A stretch of DNA of 43,142 bases from Candidatus Omnitrophica bacterium CG1_02_40_15. GTDB taxonomy: Bacteria; Omnitrophota; Gorgyraeia; Gorgyraeales; Gorgyraeaceae. Below are positions 41,941 through 43,142 of this stretch, piece after piece. The notes under the pieces are model-generated. The model saw only the letters and a list, made by a program, of their open reading frames with translations. It ran no database searches and was not told where the DNA came from. The DNA lies in the NCBI GenBank assembly GCA_001871815.1, contig MNVP01000075.1, positions 1 through 43,142 of the forward strand. The letters run 5' to 3'. A program made the translations under genes and the position numbers. Positions within the stretch are counted from its first letter, which is position 1; each line of letters opens with the position of its first letter.

Positions 41941-43142
41941 AGGAGGGTTTAAAACCCTTCTCTACAAAGGATTTGGTACGGGGCGTAGCGCAGTTGGCTA
42001 GCGCGCTTGCTTCGGGAGCAAGAGGTCGCTGGTTCGAATCCAGCCGCCCCGACCACATCGGATTTGACGCATTTTCTGAGGAAAAAGAGGGATTTTTAAA
42101 ATCTTTTTGGGCGAAAAATTCTTTATCGTAAGTGCTTATGTATTCGAGAGTTAAATCAAATGGCTTTTTGAAATCTAAAATCACTTTTTTATCCAGCAGG
42201 CGGCGGTTCGTTCCAATTTTTTCCATAAAAATTTTTATTTCATAAAAATTTTGCGACGAAGCAAGTTTTTCGGCGTGGTGAGCAGTTTTTATCCACTCCC
42301 GCAATGGTTCGATCCAAAGATTACCCTTTCGCCCAAAATCTGCCTTTTTCTGCATAAACTCTGCTTTAGACCTTACAATATCATCTTTCTTAGACAGGTA
42401 AATCTCTTTATCAATGTCGCCATCAAGAAAGGCATTCACTAACTTATCAAGCTTTGCGTCTATTTCTTTAATCTTTATTTGCAGATTTTGGGCGAAAGTT
42501 TGCGAAGACTGAGCAGTATCTTTTTCCCATATATCTACTTGAGCTAGCATCTTTTCTGTCCAGTCTTCGCAAAGGGCGACTTTTGAAATAGCTTGCTTTA
42601 ATTGAGCAATAACCAAGTCTTCTCTTAGATATCTCTGACTACAGGGGCCAAGCCGTTTAGTGCAGCGGTAGTATATATAAGTACCGCCATTTCCATGAGC
42701 ATACTGAGCAGTTATTGCTGCGCCACACTCGCCACATCTTAAAAGCCCAACGAATGGAAAGTTATGACCTTTTTTATTCTTTCTCGGCTTGGCCCTATCT
42801 TTCAGAACTCTCTGAACAGCTTCAAAAGTCGCTCGGGAAACTATCGGCTCGTATTTACCTTCATAAGCTTCGCCATGATAGTCTATCACGCCTATATAAG
42901 CTGAGTTAGTTAGAGTACCTTGAAGCGTAGATTTACAGATCTTCGTTCCATTCCTGCTCACCACGCCGAAAAAACTCAGACGCTCACCCAAACTCGCTAA
43001 AGTATGCTTTCCAGCGGCAAACTCTTCGAAAACTTTCTTTATTATTTTTGCTTTTACCGGGTCTGGTTCGATGTTTCTGGTCTTGGGGTTATTCACATAA
43101 CCAAGAGGAGCTAAACTAAGCCATTCACCGCGTCTGAGTTTT
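41792..43142 (-). CDS. large serine recombinase, C-terminal two thirds (catalytic domain beyond the window); 3' end reads through the tRNA
   Basis: Frame is open to the window edge (KLRRGEWLSLAPLGYVNNPKT... = start of the recombinase domain). Zinc ribbon LRCGECGAAITAQ...YYRCTKR and a coiled coil. There is no stop before the tRNA, and WSGRLDSNQRPLAPEASALANCATPR is the antisense translation of tRNA-Pro. Confidence 0.8.
   Translation of the reverse strand, partial: KLRRGEWLSLAPLGYVNNPKTRNIEPDPVKAKIIKKVFEEFAAGKHTLASLGERLSFFGVVSRNGTKICKSTLQGTLTNSAYIGVIDYHGEAYEGKYEPIVSRATFEAVQRVLKDRAKPRKNKKGHNFPFVGLLRCGECGAAITAQYAHGNGGTYIYYRCTKRLGPCSQRYLREDLVIAQLKQAISKVALCEDWTEKMLAQVDIWEKDTAQSSQTFAQNLQIKIKEIDAKLDKLVNAFLDGDIDKEIYLSKKDDIVRSKAEFMQKKADFGRKGNLWIEPLREWIKTAHHAEKLASSQNFYEIKIFMEKIGTNRRLLDKKVILDFKKPFDLTLEYISTYDKEFFAQKDFKNPSFSSENASNPMWSGRLDSNQRPLAPEASALANCATPRTKSFVEKGFKPSSILCSQFYFFLPANLPRAVYLRIYPNFLLPFHSLILYCRYESLLLRNPL
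41979..42055 (+). tRNA. tRNA-Pro (anticodon CGG), CCA encoded
   Basis: Acceptor CGGGGCG/CGCCCCG, D arm GCGC-AGTTGGCTA-GCGC, anticodon arm CTTGC-TTCGGGA-GCAAG, variable AGGTC, T arm GCTGG-TTCGAAT-CCAGC, discriminator A, CCA. Confidence 0.9.

Noticed and set aside
41939-41963. Hairpin AGAGGAGGGTT-TAA-AACCCTTCTCT between rmuC and tRNA-Pro as a terminator.
   Set aside because: There is no T-run, and it is a single copy of unclear significance. It overlaps the rmuC stop and may simply be local structure.

Overview
This is a 43.1 kb AT-rich chromosomal segment from an anaerobic, diderm-type bacterium. The lineage cannot be fixed without a database search. Left to right: pta (partial)-ackA; yceD-rpmF-plsX-fabH-fabD-fabG-acpP-fabF; a degenerate small two-gene remnant; a 1314-aa secreted subtilase with FG-GAP/CARDB/PKD modules; a type II secretion-like cluster (gspE-F-G-I-J-K-L-M-like, merR-like, exeA, gspC-like, secretin, PDZ-gspC-like); acyl-CoA dehydrogenase-etfB-etfA (ferredoxin fusion); a four-helix-bundle (23S rRNA IVS-type) gene; smc; a convergent GAF-GGDEF gene; promoter + FMN riboswitch + ribBA-ribH-nusB-PHP-ribD-ribE; ydbH-like + ynbE::ydbL fusion; rmuC; tRNA-Pro(CGG). 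The window ends in the 3' part of a large serine recombinase whose ORF runs antisense through the tRNA, marking the edge of an integrated element. I saw no CRISPR array, rRNA or recognisable defence operon. The most unusual property is not a gene cluster. It is a dense population of at least eight families of self-complementary repeats that fill most intergenic gaps inside operons. They show stem-preserving compensatory substitutions. Several sit in frame inside essential genes (fabD, smc, etfA, a pseudopilin leader) or supply ORF ends (pta, ribD, merR-like). One heptamer-periodic hairpin family carries the four-helix-bundle gene in its loop, an architecture like an rRNA intervening sequence but located in an mRNA operon. 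All family-level calls rest on motif recognition by eye; no searches were run.
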